A stretch of 64,000 nucleotides of DNA from an uncultured Flavobacteriaceae bacterium (GCA_963779835.1 CAVZZT010000005.1:110747-174746), one strand, 5' to 3'; counted from the first letter of the stretch, positions 21,048 through 31,593 are shown. A program made the numbers and translations. The notes: generated from the sequence alone by a model not told the origin.

Positions 21048-22472
21048 ATGAAACATCTTAGTAAAATTGTACTGGCCTCATTACTCATATTGGGCTTTAC
21101 TTCGGTTAAGGCACAGGATGCTGACAACCCTTGGGCAATTGGTATTGGTACCAATGCGGTTGATTTCTATCCTACTGGTGAGGATGCTCCTCTAGGTGAT
21201 TATTTTAATGAGTACTTCAATACTGGAGATCATTGGAACGTACTACCTGCTATCTCTAAACTTTCTGTTTCTAGATATATTGGTGCTGGATTCGTAGGAG
21301 AATTAAGTGGATCAATCAACCAGATAAGTAAATACGGTGATAGATCTGTTGGTGACCTGGCTTACTATGCTGTTGATCTAGGAGTAGATTACAGTCTAAG
21401 AGCTCTACTAAACGACGGATGGTTAGATCCTGTTGTTGGTATAGGTGGTGGTTATAACTGGATCGGAGATCAGAATGGTACAGATCTTGAGAATCTTGAT
21501 GCTGCAACCTTAAATGGTAAGTTGGGATTAAATTTCTGGCTATCAGACAACATCGCTCTATCTGTTGAATCAAAATATAAGCATGTATTCGAATCAGAAA
21601 CTGCTTCTCATTTCCAACATGCTGCTGGTATTAAGTTTGTCTTCGGAGGAACTGATACTGATGGTGACGGAATCTATGATAAAGATGATGAATGTCCAGA
21701 ACAACCAGGTCTAGAAGAATTTAACGGTTGTCCTGATACTGACGGTGACGGAATCGAAGATCGTCAGGATGCATGTCCTAACGAAGCTGGTCTTGCTGAA
21801 TTCGACGGATGTCCTGATTCTGATGGTGACGGTGTAGCTGATCCTGATGATGATTGTCCTGAAGTTGCTGGTCTTGCTGAAATGAATGGTTGTCCAGATG
21901 CTGACGGTGACGGTGTAAGAGATGATGAAGATAACTGTCCAGACGAAGCTGGTCCTGCTGAAAATGATGGATGCCCATGGCCTGATACTGACGGTGACGG
22001 AGTCCTTGATAAAGATGATGAGTGTCCAGAAGAAGCTGGTCCTGCTGCGTCAAACGGATGTCCAGAGCCTACTGCTGAAGTAATCTCTGAATTGAATGAG
22101 TATTCTAAAACTGTACTTTTCGACCTTAACAAGGCAACTATCAGACAAGATTCAGAAGAAGCGCTTCAGTCAATTCATGACATCATGCACGAATACCCAC
22201 AAACTATCTTCCATATTGAAGGACATACAGATAGTACAGGTAGTGATTCTTATAACATGAAGCTTTCTAAAGAAAGAGCAGCTTCAGTTAAGACTTGGTT
22301 ACAAGAAAACGGTATTCCTGAAAGCAGATTAACTTCTGAAGGTTACGGTGAAACTCAGCCAATCGCTACTAACAGCACCGCTAAAGGTAGACAGGATAAC
22401 AGACGTGTTGAAATTTCTCTTGATAAAGACAGAGAAATGAAAGACAAGTCTGGTGATGAAGAAATGAACTAA
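21048..22472 (+). CDS. OmpA family protein with thrombospondin type 3 repeats
   Basis: Signal peptide, beta-barrel, repeated DxDGDG...CP units, GHTDS...LSKERA...NRRVE. Confidence 0.95.
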   Translation: MKHLSKIVLASLLILGFTSVKAQDADNPWAIGIGTNAVDFYPTGEDAPLGDYFNEYFNTGDHWNVLPAISKLSVSRYIGAGFVGELSGSINQISKYGDRSVGDLAYYAVDLGVDYSLRALLNDGWLDPVVGIGGGYNWIGDQNGTDLENLDAATLNGKLGLNFWLSDNIALSVESKYKHVFESETASHFQHAAGIKFVFGGTDTDGDGIYDKDDECPEQPGLEEFNGCPDTDGDGIEDRQDACPNEAGLAEFDGCPDSDGDGVADPDDDCPEVAGLAEMNGCPDADGDGVRDDEDNCPDEAGPAENDGCPWPDTDGDGVLDKDDECPEEAGPAASNGCPEPTAEVISELNEYSKTVLFDLNKATIRQDSEEALQSIHDIMHEYPQTIFHIEGHTDSTGSDSYNMKLSKERAASVKTWLQENGIPESRLTSEGYGETQPIATNSTAKGRQDNRRVEISLDKDREMKDKSGDEEMN

Positions 22473-22495
22473 TATTTCTGAATAAATCATAAAAG

Positions 22496-22525
22496 AAAAC
22501 GCTCCGCATTGCGGGGCGTTTTTTT
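22496..22525 (+). terminator. ompA terminator
   Basis: AAAACGCTCCGCA/TGCGGGGCGTTTT stem with T-tract. Confidence 0.85.
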
Positions 22526-22536
22526 ATTTTAGGCGT

Positions 22537-25293
22537 ATGAAATCATTTATACGCGAAGTCTTACAGAACCTTAAAAATTCTGACACTCCCCTTTCCGAAA
22601 TTATTTTCATTCTTCCCAGTAAAAGAGCCGGATCCTATCTTATTAAGGAACTTTCTGCCATTTCTGATAAAAATATCTTTGCTCCTAAAATTTATAGTAT
22701 AGAGGAGTTTACCGAAGCTGTTTCAGGACTGGAACCAGTTGATAATACAATTACCTTATTTGAGTTTTATGAGGTTTATAAAGAACTAACTCCTGATGAC
22801 TTAAGGGAAGATTTCGAGACTTTTGTGACCTGGGCGCAGAGCCTTATCCATGATTTCAATGAAATCGATCGATATCTCATAGACTACAAACCATTCTTCG
22901 ACTATCTCTCCGGGATTCAGGATATAAACCACTGGTATCTTAAGAAAGAGAAAACAGATCTCATTAAAAGATATCTTAGTTTCTGGAAAAATCTTCCATC
23001 ATATTATGAAGCATTATCAGAAAGATTGCTCTCCGAAAATCAGGGATATCAGGGTCTTATTTATCGCAAGGCTTCAACCAACATTCAAAAATATATTTCT
23101 GAAAATCAACAAAATCATGTTTTTATTGGCTTCAATGCCTTGAACGCTGCAGAACAAAATATTCTTCAGAACCTATTAGAAGCAAACCTGGCTGAGGTGC
23201 ATTGGGATTTAGATAAAATCTTTTATTCCGATGACTCTCATGGAGCATCTATTTTCATTAGAGAGTACATGAATTCATGGAACTACTACCAGAAACATCG
23301 TAAATTTGATTTCACAGAAAACTATACTAAAGAAAAAAACATCCAACTTATAGGTGTTCCGAAAAATATCGGGCAGGCCAAATATCTTGGAGAGATCTTA
23401 ACAGGTTTAAGCAAAGAAAAGCTTGAAAATACAGCAATTGTATTAGGTGAAGAGGAATTACTCCTACCGGTTTTAAATTCGTTGCCCGAAGAGATCAATG
23501 AACTGAACATTACTATGGGCTTTCCAATTAAGAATGCTCCTATAAACTCTCTTTTCGAAGCTATATTCAAAATACATATCCATAAATCCGATACTTTTTA
23601 TTACAAAGAAGTTACATCAATTCTTACTCATCCTGTTCTCAGTCCTGTTCTAAAAGATTATGCTGAGAAGTTAAGTCTAAGAATAAATGCTGAAAATCTT
23701 GTCTATCTTGATAAAGCACAGATTATTTCCGGGTTCCCGAATGAATTGAAGAAGTTAGTTTCATCTTTCTTTGATCACAAAAATGAATCGGTAGCCAGAT
23801 TTATTGCAGATTGTCAACATATCATTCAATCCTTGAAGCTGCACCTAAAAGAAAAGCATGATACCATCGGGCTGGAATTTCTTTATCATTTTCATCTTCT
23901 GTTCAATAAATTACAAAACCTGAATGAAAAATATTCCCACCTTAAAACTATAAAATCACTTTACGGATTTTACAAAGAGCTTTTAAGTACCGAAACTTTA
24001 GATTTTCAGGGAAGACCATTTAAAGGGCTTCAGTTAATGGGAATGCTAGAATCCCGGGCACTGGATTTTGAAACAGTGATCATCACTTCTTTAAATGAAG
24101 GGGTTCTTCCAGCCGGAAAATCAGATAATTCTTTTATTCCTTACGATCTAAAACAAGAATATAAATTACCAACTTACCGTGAGAAGGATGCCGTTTACAC
24201 CTACCACTTCTACCGTTTGTTACAGAGAGCTAAAAATGTCTATCTCCTATATAATACAGAATCTGAAGGGCTTAATTCAGGAGAAAAAAGCAGGTTCATT
24301 ACACAGCTGGAAGTTGAAAGTCAACCGGCACACAAGTTAACGAAAATGCTGGTCAGTCCAAAAGTACCGGGGACGACTAAAAGTTTAAAGGAAGTAAAGA
24401 AAACCCCAGAGATAATGGTAAGACTAAGATCTCTTGCATCCTCAGGATTTTCACCTTCTGCCCTTACTACCTATATAAGGAATCCCATCGATTTCTATCA
24501 ACAGTATGTTTTAGGGGTTAGAGACCAGGAAGAAGTAGAGGAAACCGTAGCTTTTAACACTTTGGGTACGGTAGTTCATAATGCTTTAGAAAATCTTTAC
24601 AAGCCATTTGAAGGAAAAATTATAACAGAAGAAATCATCCAGGATTTCATTAAAAAAGCAGATCTGGAAATCATAAATGAATTCTCTGAGACCTACAGCA
24701 AAGCGCCACTTGAAAAAGGAAAGAATCTTTTAATTTTTGAAGTAGCTAAAAGATATCTCCACAATTTTCTAAAGTTTGAAATCAAACGAATAAGAGATTC
24801 CGAAGAGATTCAAATAGTACAGATAGAAAGTGATCTCAAAGTACTACTTCCAATAGAAAATTTGCCTTTTTCAGTTTATCTTCGCGGGAAGGTAGATCGT
24901 TTTGAAAAAGCTAACGGAATACCCAGAATTATAGATTACAAGACCGGTAAAGTTGAATCCAGGAACCTGAATGTTGAAAGCTGGGAGGAAATAACAAAAG
25001 ATTATGACAAATACTCTAAAAGTTTTCAGGTTTTAACTTATGCCAGCTTGATTGCACTAGAGAAAGGTCTTAAATTCCCCGCGGAAGCAGGAATCATTTC
25101 ATTTAAGAATTTGAAATCGGGATTTTTGAAATTTGAACAGAAAGAAGCAGGATCCAGAAAAAAAGATCCTTTAATAACCGAACAAACACTTGACCTGTTT
25201 CAAACGGAACTAAAGAAATTAATCGTAGAAATCTGTAATCCGGAAATTCCATTTACAGAAAAAGAAATTAAAAAAACACATGGAGGTTTCTAA
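22537..25293 (+). CDS. PD-(D/E)XK nuclease family protein (AddB-like)
   Basis: LPSKRAG, QLMGMLESRALDF, FSPSALTTY, GKVDR...IIDYKTG. Confidence 0.88.
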   Translation: MKSFIREVLQNLKNSDTPLSEIIFILPSKRAGSYLIKELSAISDKNIFAPKIYSIEEFTEAVSGLEPVDNTITLFEFYEVYKELTPDDLREDFETFVTWAQSLIHDFNEIDRYLIDYKPFFDYLSGIQDINHWYLKKEKTDLIKRYLSFWKNLPSYYEALSERLLSENQGYQGLIYRKASTNIQKYISENQQNHVFIGFNALNAAEQNILQNLLEANLAEVHWDLDKIFYSDDSHGASIFIREYMNSWNYYQKHRKFDFTENYTKEKNIQLIGVPKNIGQAKYLGEILTGLSKEKLENTAIVLGEEELLLPVLNSLPEEINELNITMGFPIKNAPINSLFEAIFKIHIHKSDTFYYKEVTSILTHPVLSPVLKDYAEKLSLRINAENLVYLDKAQIISGFPNELKKLVSSFFDHKNESVARFIADCQHIIQSLKLHLKEKHDTIGLEFLYHFHLLFNKLQNLNEKYSHLKTIKSLYGFYKELLSTETLDFQGRPFKGLQLMGMLESRALDFETVIITSLNEGVLPAGKSDNSFIPYDLKQEYKLPTYREKDAVYTYHFYRLLQRAKNVYLLYNTESEGLNSGEKSRFITQLEVESQPAHKLTKMLVSPKVPGTTKSLKEVKKTPEIMVRLRSLASSGFSPSALTTYIRNPIDFYQQYVLGVRDQEEVEETVAFNTLGTVVHNALENLYKPFEGKIITEEIIQDFIKKADLEIINEFSETYSKAPLEKGKNLLIFEVAKRYLHNFLKFEIKRIRDSEEIQIVQIESDLKVLLPIENLPFSVYLRGKVDRFEKANGIPRIIDYKTGKVESRNLNVESWEEITKDYDKYSKSFQVLTYASLIALEKGLKFPAEAGIISFKNLKSGFLKFEQKEAGSRKKDPLITEQTLDLFQTELKKLIVEICNPEIPFTEKEIKKTHGGF

Positions 25294-26176
25294 AGAATTA
25301 AATCTCGTCATCGACGGAAAGCATGATAAGCCAATCGTGGCCGATATTATTTTTAAAGATGACGGTAAACCTAAGCCTATTGTTATATTCTGCCATGGTT
25401 ACAAAGGCTTTAAAGACTGGGGTGCATGGGATAAAATGGGTGAAAAAATAGCTGAAGAAGGTTTTTTCTTCCTGAAGTTCAATTTTAGTCATAACGGTAC
25501 AGATCCAGAGAATCTCACGAAATTCTTACAAATTGAGGCTTTTGGAGATAATAACTATGTAAAAGAATTAGATGACCTTCAATCGGTTCTGGACTGGATA
25601 CTATTGCCGGATTTTAAATTTGCTAAACAAATAAAGCCTGATAATATCAATTTGATAGGGCATTCCAGAGGCGGGGGAATCGCACTAATAAAAGCTTCAG
25701 AAGACAGTAGAATTACTAAAGTACTCACCTTTGCTTCAGTTTCAGATTTTGCTTCTCGTTTTCCGGAAGGAAAAAATCTTGAGAAATGGGAAAAAAAAGG
25801 GGTACAATATATCGTAAATACCAGAACGGGCCAGCAATTACCTCATCACTATCAGTTCTATAAGAACTTCAAGGAAAACAAAGATCGCCTGAATATTAAA
25901 AAAGCAGCTAAAAAGCTTAAAATCCCGCATTTAATAGCCCATGGGAGCAGTGATACCAGTGTATCTATAGGAGAGTCTGGAAACCTTTTTGAATGGAGCC
26001 CGGCACCAAAATTATTACTGGTAGAAAATGCCGATCATGTTTTTTGTACCAAACATCCGTGGGAAGAAGAGGAACTGCCAAAAGAGTTTAACCATGTGAT
26101 TAGAAAGAGCATTGATTTCATGAAAACAGAGGCTAAAGATCTCTGGGATGAATATGGAGAGAGTGACGACGATTAG
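25280..26176 (+). CDS. Alpha/beta hydrolase
   Basis: HGYKGFKDWG, GHSRGG nucleophile elbow, HGSSD, ADHVF. Confidence 0.9.
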   Translation: MEVSKELNLVIDGKHDKPIVADIIFKDDGKPKPIVIFCHGYKGFKDWGAWDKMGEKIAEEGFFFLKFNFSHNGTDPENLTKFLQIEAFGDNNYVKELDDLQSVLDWILLPDFKFAKQIKPDNINLIGHSRGGGIALIKASEDSRITKVLTFASVSDFASRFPEGKNLEKWEKKGVQYIVNTRTGQQLPHHYQFYKNFKENKDRLNIKKAAKKLKIPHLIAHGSSDTSVSIGESGNLFEWSPAPKLLLVENADHVFCTKHPWEEEELPKEFNHVIRKSIDFMKTEAKDLWDEYGESDDD

Positions 26177-26179
26177 AAA

Positions 26180-26212
26180 TAAAAAAACCACTGCTAGAAC
26201 AGTGGTTTTTTT
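26180..26212. terminator. Bidirectional terminator between the hydrolase and tRNA-Ala
   Basis: AAAAAAACCACTG/CAGTGGTTTTTTT. Confidence 0.85.
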
Positions 26213-26213
26213 G

Positions 26214-26287
26214 TGGAGAATATCGGAGTCGAACCGATGACCTTTTGGCTGCCAGCCAAACGCTCTAGCCAGCTGAGCTAATCCCCC
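26214..26287 (-). tRNA. tRNA-Ala(GGC)
   Basis: GGGGGATTAGCTCAGCTGGCTAGAGCG TTTGG-CT-GGC-AG-CCAAA ...GGTTCGACTCC...TCTCCA; TACATTTG promoter at 26304-26297. Confidence 0.97.
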
Positions 26288-26348
26288 GACTGGGAGCAAA
26301 TGTAACAATTTTTCCGAAATATCGAAATGTTTATTTTTCTACTTTAAA

Positions 26349-26849
26349 ATGATAAGAAAGGCTAAAATTTCCGAGCTTCAGGAAATAAAACAACTTACAG
26401 AAGCCTGCGCTGAAGCGATGATCAAAAAGAATATTTTTCAATGGAATGAACATTATCCTTCTTTTGAAAAACTCCGGCAGGATATTGAGCAAAACGAGCT
26501 GTATGTTTTTCAAAAAGACTCAAAAATCATCGGTATTATCGTTATCACTGAAATAATGGATGATGAATATCTTCCAATTCAATGGATTAGCAAGACCAGC
26601 TCCAATATCTACCTCCATCGCCTGGCAGTTCATCCCGATTTCTGGGGGTTGGGATATGCGCAAAAGCTGATGGATTTCGCGGAAAGCTTTGCCAGGCAAC
26701 ATAAATTTGAATCGGTAAGACTGGATACCTTTAGCAAGAATCAGCGAAACCAGAACTTTTATGAAACCAGAGGTTATCAAAGAGTAGGCAACATTTACTT
26801 TCCGAAACAAAGTGAGCATCCTTTTTATTGCTACGAATTGCTTATTTAA
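26349..26849 (+). CDS. GNAT family N-acetyltransferase
   Basis: LHRLAVHPDFWGLGYA, RLDT...FYETRGY. Confidence 0.92.
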   Translation: MIRKAKISELQEIKQLTEACAEAMIKKNIFQWNEHYPSFEKLRQDIEQNELYVFQKDSKIIGIIVITEIMDDEYLPIQWISKTSSNIYLHRLAVHPDFWGLGYAQKLMDFAESFARQHKFESVRLDTFSKNQRNQNFYETRGYQRVGNIYFPKQSEHPFYCYELLI

Positions 26850-26879
26850 CTCCGGGCATTTTATATTTGCTTTTCATGA

Positions 26880-28217
26880 ATGTTACCCTTGGATAATTCT
26901 GTTAGTTTTAAAAACATCAATAAAATTGCTATTCCTGCTATTATTGCTGGAATTGCCGAGCCTCTGATCTCTCTAACCGATATTGCGGTAATTGGAAATG
27001 TTGATGAAAACTCTATTGAAGCTTTGGCCGCAGCAGGAATTGTCGGTTCCTTTCTTTCAGCCATTATCTGGATCGTGGCCCAGACAAAAACAGCTATTTC
27101 TGCCATAGTATCTCAACACCTTGGCGCCAATAGAATACATGCGGTCAAAACACTAATTCCGCAGGCTATTGCCTTTAACTTTATTTTTAGCCTGGTTATT
27201 TATGCGACAACAGCTTACTTCGCAAAGGCAATTTTTAGTGCCTATAACGCAGAAGGTCTTATCCTTCAGTATTCTGAGGATTATTACCAGATTCGGGCTT
27301 TAGGTTATCCACTCACACTGGTCACCTTTGCCATATTTGGAGTTTTTAGAGGGCTACAAAACACGCTGTGGGCTATGAAATGTAGTTTAACCGGCGCTGC
27401 AGTGAACGTTGCACTGGATTATGTGCTGGTTTATGGAGTAGACGGCCTTATTCCTCCAATGCATCTTAAAGGGGCTGCATATGCCAGCTTAGCAGCACAG
27501 GGAACCATGTTGGTCATGGCTCTCTGGTTCTTTTTCAAAAAAACACCCTTTCACTTGAAACTTAGCTTCACCATAAATCCAAGAATGAAAGGCTTGTTAT
27601 TAATGGCCGCGAATCTTTTTGTCCGCACAGCCGCCCTAAATTTCGCGATCTACCTGGCCAACGCCTACGCTACAGATTATGGTAAGAATTACATTGCCGC
27701 ACAAAGCATCCTTATGAATATCTGGCTTTTCTTCAGCTTTTTTATTGATGGCTATGCGAATGCCGGAAATGCCATTGGAGGAAAATTATTAGGCGCACTG
27801 GATTATAAAAACCTTTGGGAATTAAGTAAGAAAATAAGTAAATATGCCGTTTTTATCGCTCTTATTCTCATGGGAATTTGCGCTCTATTCTATAACCAGA
27901 TCGGATTATTATTCAATAAAGAGGCTAGTGTCCTTGCCATATTTTCTTCTGTATTCTGGATAGTACTCATCATGCAACCTATTAACGCGATAGCCTTTAT
28001 GTTCGATGGAATATTTAAAGGACTTGGGGAAGCAAAGTATTTGCGCAACGTTCTTCTGGTCGCTACCTTTTTAGGTTTTACTCCCGCCCTGCTTATTTCA
28101 GATCATTTCGGATTGAAATTGTACGGAATCTGGATCGCCTTTTTTGTCTGGATGCTTATACGAAGTAGCACGCTGGTAGTATATTTCAGAAGAAAATATC
28201 TCCATAAGGAAGTTTAG
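26880..28217 (+). CDS. MATE family efflux transporter (DinF-like)
   Basis: IAEPLISLTDIA, GVFRGLQNT, multiple TM helices. Confidence 0.92.
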   Translation: MLPLDNSVSFKNINKIAIPAIIAGIAEPLISLTDIAVIGNVDENSIEALAAAGIVGSFLSAIIWIVAQTKTAISAIVSQHLGANRIHAVKTLIPQAIAFNFIFSLVIYATTAYFAKAIFSAYNAEGLILQYSEDYYQIRALGYPLTLVTFAIFGVFRGLQNTLWAMKCSLTGAAVNVALDYVLVYGVDGLIPPMHLKGAAYASLAAQGTMLVMALWFFFKKTPFHLKLSFTINPRMKGLLLMAANLFVRTAALNFAIYLANAYATDYGKNYIAAQSILMNIWLFFSFFIDGYANAGNAIGGKLLGALDYKNLWELSKKISKYAVFIALILMGICALFYNQIGLLFNKEASVLAIFSSVFWIVLIMQPINAIAFMFDGIFKGLGEAKYLRNVLLVATFLGFTPALLISDHFGLKLYGIWIAFFVWMLIRSSTLVVYFRRKYLHKEV

Positions 28218-28280
28218 ATTCTGTTAAGCAAGTCCCTGCTTTCACACAATATCATTAACTTTGATAAAAACCAGAAATTT

Positions 28281-29048
28281 ATGACTACCAGCCGGGAAAA
28301 CGGAAGTTTATATACCAGTATAGAAAATAAGATCGCCACTGTTGAATTCGGGCATCCGGCCAGTAATTCATTTCCCTCGGTTCTTTTAGACCGATTGGAG
28401 GAGGAGATCAAATCCCTTTCGGAAAATGACGATGTAAATATCATTCTCCTAAAATCTGAGGGAGAGAAAGCTTTTTGTGCCGGTGCTTCCTTTAATGAAC
28501 TTATTGAGATCGATGATCTTGAATCTGGAAGAAAATTCTTTTCAGGCTTTGCCAATGTGATCAATGCGATGCGCGAATGCAAAAAGCTTATCGTGGGACG
28601 GGTACAGGGAAAGACCGTAGGTGGTGGTGTTGGTTTAGTTGCCGCATGTGATTATGCCATGGCCACTGATGCTGCCGCAATAAAACTTTCAGAATTAAGT
28701 ATTGGGATAGGACCTTTTGTGATCGCTCCGGCCGTGGAAAGAAAAATGGGAGTAGATGCCCTTGCCGAACTTAGTCTAGCTGCCCATGAATGGAAAAATG
28801 CCTATTGGGCAAAAGAAAAGGGATTATACGCAAAGGTATTTGAGAATTTAAAAGACCTTGATAATGAGGTTGAACTATTTACCTCAAAGCTTGCCTCTTA
28901 TAACCCGGATGCATTAACTCAGATGAAAAAAACACTTTGGAAAAATACAGATCACTGGGCTCATTCACTATATGAAAATGCATCGATCTCAGGAGAATTA
29001 GTACTTTCACAATTCACCAAGAACGCTTTAGCTAAATTTAAAAAATAA
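28281..29048 (+). CDS. Enoyl-CoA hydratase/isomerase
   Basis: AFCAGA, VGGGVGLVAACD, LSELSIG. Confidence 0.92.
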   Translation: MTTSRENGSLYTSIENKIATVEFGHPASNSFPSVLLDRLEEEIKSLSENDDVNIILLKSEGEKAFCAGASFNELIEIDDLESGRKFFSGFANVINAMRECKKLIVGRVQGKTVGGGVGLVAACDYAMATDAAAIKLSELSIGIGPFVIAPAVERKMGVDALAELSLAAHEWKNAYWAKEKGLYAKVFENLKDLDNEVELFTSKLASYNPDALTQMKKTLWKNTDHWAHSLYENASISGELVLSQFTKNALAKFKK

Positions 29049-29053
29049 CACGA

Positions 29054-29233
29054 ATGCAGGAACATTTACCAAAAGATAAGGATCCCAGCGAAGTACAGAA
29101 ATGGGGCTGGACAATTCAGGAATTTATAACTGAAAACTTTTGGTACTTGCTTGCCATATTGATATTACTCGCGCTTTTCTTTTACGCCAGACACCGCTGG
29201 AATGTTAGAAATTCACAAAAATACAAGAACTAA
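29054..29233 (+). CDS. Small single-TM protein, 59 aa (not in ORF track)
   Basis: MQEHLPKDKDPSEVQKWGWTIQEFITENFWYLLAILILLALFFYARHRWNVRNSQKYKN; starts 5 nt after the upstream stop. Confidence 0.7.
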   Translation: MQEHLPKDKDPSEVQKWGWTIQEFITENFWYLLAILILLALFFYARHRWNVRNSQKYKN

Positions 29234-29343
29234 TGGATCAGGATGTATGGGAATTTTTTAGCTTTTTAAGCGGAATGGGATTTTGGCTAATTTTAGCCCT
29301 CATCCTCATTGGAGTATTTATTTATAAAAAATTCAGAAAGTAA
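29233..29343 (+). CDS. Small single-TM protein, 36 aa (not in ORF track)
   Basis: MDQDVWEFFSFLSGMGFWLILALILIGVFIYKKFRK; TAATG stop/start overlap. Confidence 0.6.
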   Translation: MDQDVWEFFSFLSGMGFWLILALILIGVFIYKKFRK

Positions 29344-29344
29344 A

Positions 29345-29998
29345 CTATCTGGTTTTTAACCAGCCGGTAATACTTAATCGCGGAACCTTTACGGGCTTTA
29401 CCTCATGTTCCAGTTCCTGACTTTCAAAAATCACTACTCTTCCCGGCAACGGATATATATTTATGGTCTTTTCCTCCCCCTCCTCCCGGGTATAAATAGC
29501 AAGCTCGCCGCCATTTTCAGGCTTCCAATCTTCATTGTTCAGGTAACAAACCATAGAGAGTTTCCTTCTTCCATCATTCTGAAACGTATCCAAATGTCTT
29601 TTATAATAAGTGCCTTCAGGATAAACAGCGTAATGAAATTCTTTGTGCAGAATTCCCATAAAGCAAGTTCGGTTTAGATATTCAACCAGGGAATTGATCT
29701 TACTAAAGTATACTTTCTCGGCCGCGCCTGCTTCAGCTTCGTTGATCCAAAGAATGAAATCTCCACGAACAGATTTGGCGATCACCTCATTCGTCCGGTT
29801 ACCAATGGCCGCCTTTTTAAAATCGTCTTCCGCATATTTTTCCAGCAAAATAGATCGTAAAAGGTCTACCTCATCCGTATTAAAAAAGTTATCGACCACA
29901 CTATATTTCCTTTCTAAAAGATCAGAAATAATTCTCTCGTAAAGAGGATTCTCTTTAAATTCGATCTGCTCGAAAAGTTCAATATCGGTTGGAGTCAT
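29345..29998 (-). CDS. 2OG-Fe(II) oxygenase (EglN/prolyl hydroxylase-like)
   Basis: YKRHLD, GGEL, HEV, RLSITGW. Confidence 0.92.
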   Translation of the reverse strand: MTPTDIELFEQIEFKENPLYERIISDLLERKYSVVDNFFNTDEVDLLRSILLEKYAEDDFKKAAIGNRTNEVIAKSVRGDFILWINEAEAGAAEKVYFSKINSLVEYLNRTCFMGILHKEFHYAVYPEGTYYKRHLDTFQNDGRRKLSMVCYLNNEDWKPENGGELAIYTREEGEEKTINIYPLPGRVVIFESQELEHEVKPVKVPRLSITGWLKTR

Positions 29999-30098
29999 GG
30001 CTCGAAAAATTTCGCAAATATAGTTCAGAAAGTATATTGAAAACTGTTAAAAAATCAGGCTTAAAAAATCAATTATCTTTGTACCAAAATCTGCTGAA

Positions 30099-30551
30099 AT
30101 GAGCAACATTAGAATCACCAAACAATTCTCCTTTGAAACCGGTCACGCCCTTTATGGATACGACGGAAAATGCCGAAACGTGCACGGCCACAGTTACAAA
30201 CTCAGCGTAACCGTGATTGGCAAACCCATCACCGATAGTGATAATGTGAAATTTGGAATGGTAATAGATTTTGGTGACCTCAAGAAGATCGTGAAATCAG
30301 AGATCGTTGATCAGTTTGATCATGCTACTGTTTTCAACAAAAATACGCCACATCTGGAATTGGCAAAGGAATTAAAAGATAGAGGACATCATGTGATCCT
30401 GGTGGAATACCAACCTACCAGTGAAAATATGGTCATAGATTTTGCTGAAAAGATTAAAAAACATCTGCCTTCACATATCAATTTACATTCTTTAAAGCTT
30501 CAGGAGACCGAAACTTCGTTTGCCGAATGGTATGCGAGTGATAATAGTTAG
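30099..30551 (+). CDS. queD: 6-carboxytetrahydropterin synthase
   Basis: CRNVHGHSY, DFGDLK, FDH, PTSEN, ET. Confidence 0.9.
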   Translation: MSNIRITKQFSFETGHALYGYDGKCRNVHGHSYKLSVTVIGKPITDSDNVKFGMVIDFGDLKKIVKSEIVDQFDHATVFNKNTPHLELAKELKDRGHHVILVEYQPTSENMVIDFAEKIKKHLPSHINLHSLKLQETETSFAEWYASDNS

Positions 30552-30643
30552 GGCGCAACCCCGCTACAGCAGGGTCGGGCTATACGCTTTTAGTCCCGAT
30601 AGCTTTTCAGCTAACGGGAGCTAACCGCTACTATCCCTTGCGC
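30551..30643 (+). ncRNA. Flavo-1-like RNA motif/repeat
   Basis: GGGCG...GGTCGGGCT..CGCT...TCCCG...CGGGAGCT..CCGCTACTATCCCT..CGC matches my recollection of the Flavo-1 consensus; not model-scored. Confidence 0.7.
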
Positions 30644-30711
30644 TAATCAGTATTCAGTTCCCAGTAGCAGTTGGCAGTCGAATTCGTTTAAGGATTTTGG
30701 TTAATATAATT

Positions 30712-30785
30712 GCCGCACTGAGCCTGTCGAAGTGCTTTTTCTCTTTCAATTGAATTTTAAGATCCTAAAACAAGTTCAGGATGAC
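30712..30785. repeat. Two Bacteroidetes REP-like palindromic units
   Basis: GCCGCACTGAGCCTGTCGAAGTG (30712-34) and AGATCCTAAAACAAGTTCAGGATGAC (30760-85, reverse GTCATCCTGAACTTG type). Confidence 0.6.
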
Positions 30786-30834
30786 TTCATCTGGAAATTG
30801 AGATTTATATATCTTTACCCCGAATTAGGTATTT

Positions 30835-31593
30835 ATGAACATTCCGCAAGGCAAAAAAGTATATTTCTCCAGTGACAATCACCTTGGTGCTCCAACTATG
30901 GAGGAAAGCCGCGAGAGAGAATTGATATTCGTAAAGTGGCTGGATGAAATAAAAGAAGATGCCGCTGCTATTTTCCTGCTGGGAGATCTTTTTGATTTCT
31001 GGTTCGAATATAAGCACGTGGTTCCAAAAGGATTTGTTCGTACCCTGGGGAAACTGGCCGAAATAAAGGATAGTGGAATTCCCGTTTATTTCTTCGTGGG
31101 TAACCATGACCTTTGGATGGACGATTATTTTGAAAGTGAACTGAATATACCGGTTTATCATCGTCCTAAGGAATTCGAATTCAATGGAAAAAAATTCCTT
31201 GTTGGTCACGGTGACGGTCTTGGGCCGGGCGATAAAGGCTATAAACGAATGAAAAAGGTATTTACCAATCCTCTTTCTAAATGGTTTTACAGGTGGTTGC
31301 ATCCAGATCTGGGAGTTCCCCTGGCTCAATATTTTTCGGTAAAGAATAGAATGATCTCTGGAGACGAAGACCAGGAATTCCTTGGTGAAGAAAAAGAGTG
31401 GCTCATCCAGTATTGCCGCAGGAAAATTCAGGAAAAACACATAGATTATTTCCTTTTCGGTCATCGCCATCTCCCTTTGGAAATAGACCTCAACGGGAAA
31501 TCTACCTACATCAATACCGGCGACTGGATTAATTACTACACCTATGCTGAATTTGATGGCCAGGACCTGAAACTGAAAACTTTAAGAAAATAA
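30835..31593 (+). CDS. lpxH: UDP-2,3-diacylglucosamine hydrolase
   Basis: SDNHLG, LGDLFDFW, GNHD, HGDG, GHRH, GDW. Confidence 0.9.
   Translation: MNIPQGKKVYFSSDNHLGAPTMEESRERELIFVKWLDEIKEDAAAIFLLGDLFDFWFEYKHVVPKGFVRTLGKLAEIKDSGIPVYFFVGNHDLWMDDYFESELNIPVYHRPKEFEFNGKKFLVGHGDGLGPGDKGYKRMKKVFTNPLSKWFYRWLHPDLGVPLAQYFSVKNRMISGDEDQEFLGEEKEWLIQYCRRKIQEKHIDYFLFGHRHLPLEIDLNGKSTYINTGDWINYYTYAEFDGQDLKLKTLRK

Noticed and set aside
21652-22132. DNA repeats in ompA and the antisense ORFs 21764-22132 and 21778-22053
   Set aside because: Explained by the encoded thrombospondin type 3 repeats; the antisense ORFs are shadows
16526-25293. AddA-like and AddB-like genes separated by kbl and ompA
   Set aside because: No mobility signs; appears to be ordinary Flavobacteriaceae gene order
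26015-26308. 97-aa ORF spanning tRNA-Ala
   Set aside because: Translation of the tRNA and terminator sequence
30805-31470. 221-aa antisense ORF over lpxH
   Set aside because: No recognisable motifs; fully opposite a conserved gene
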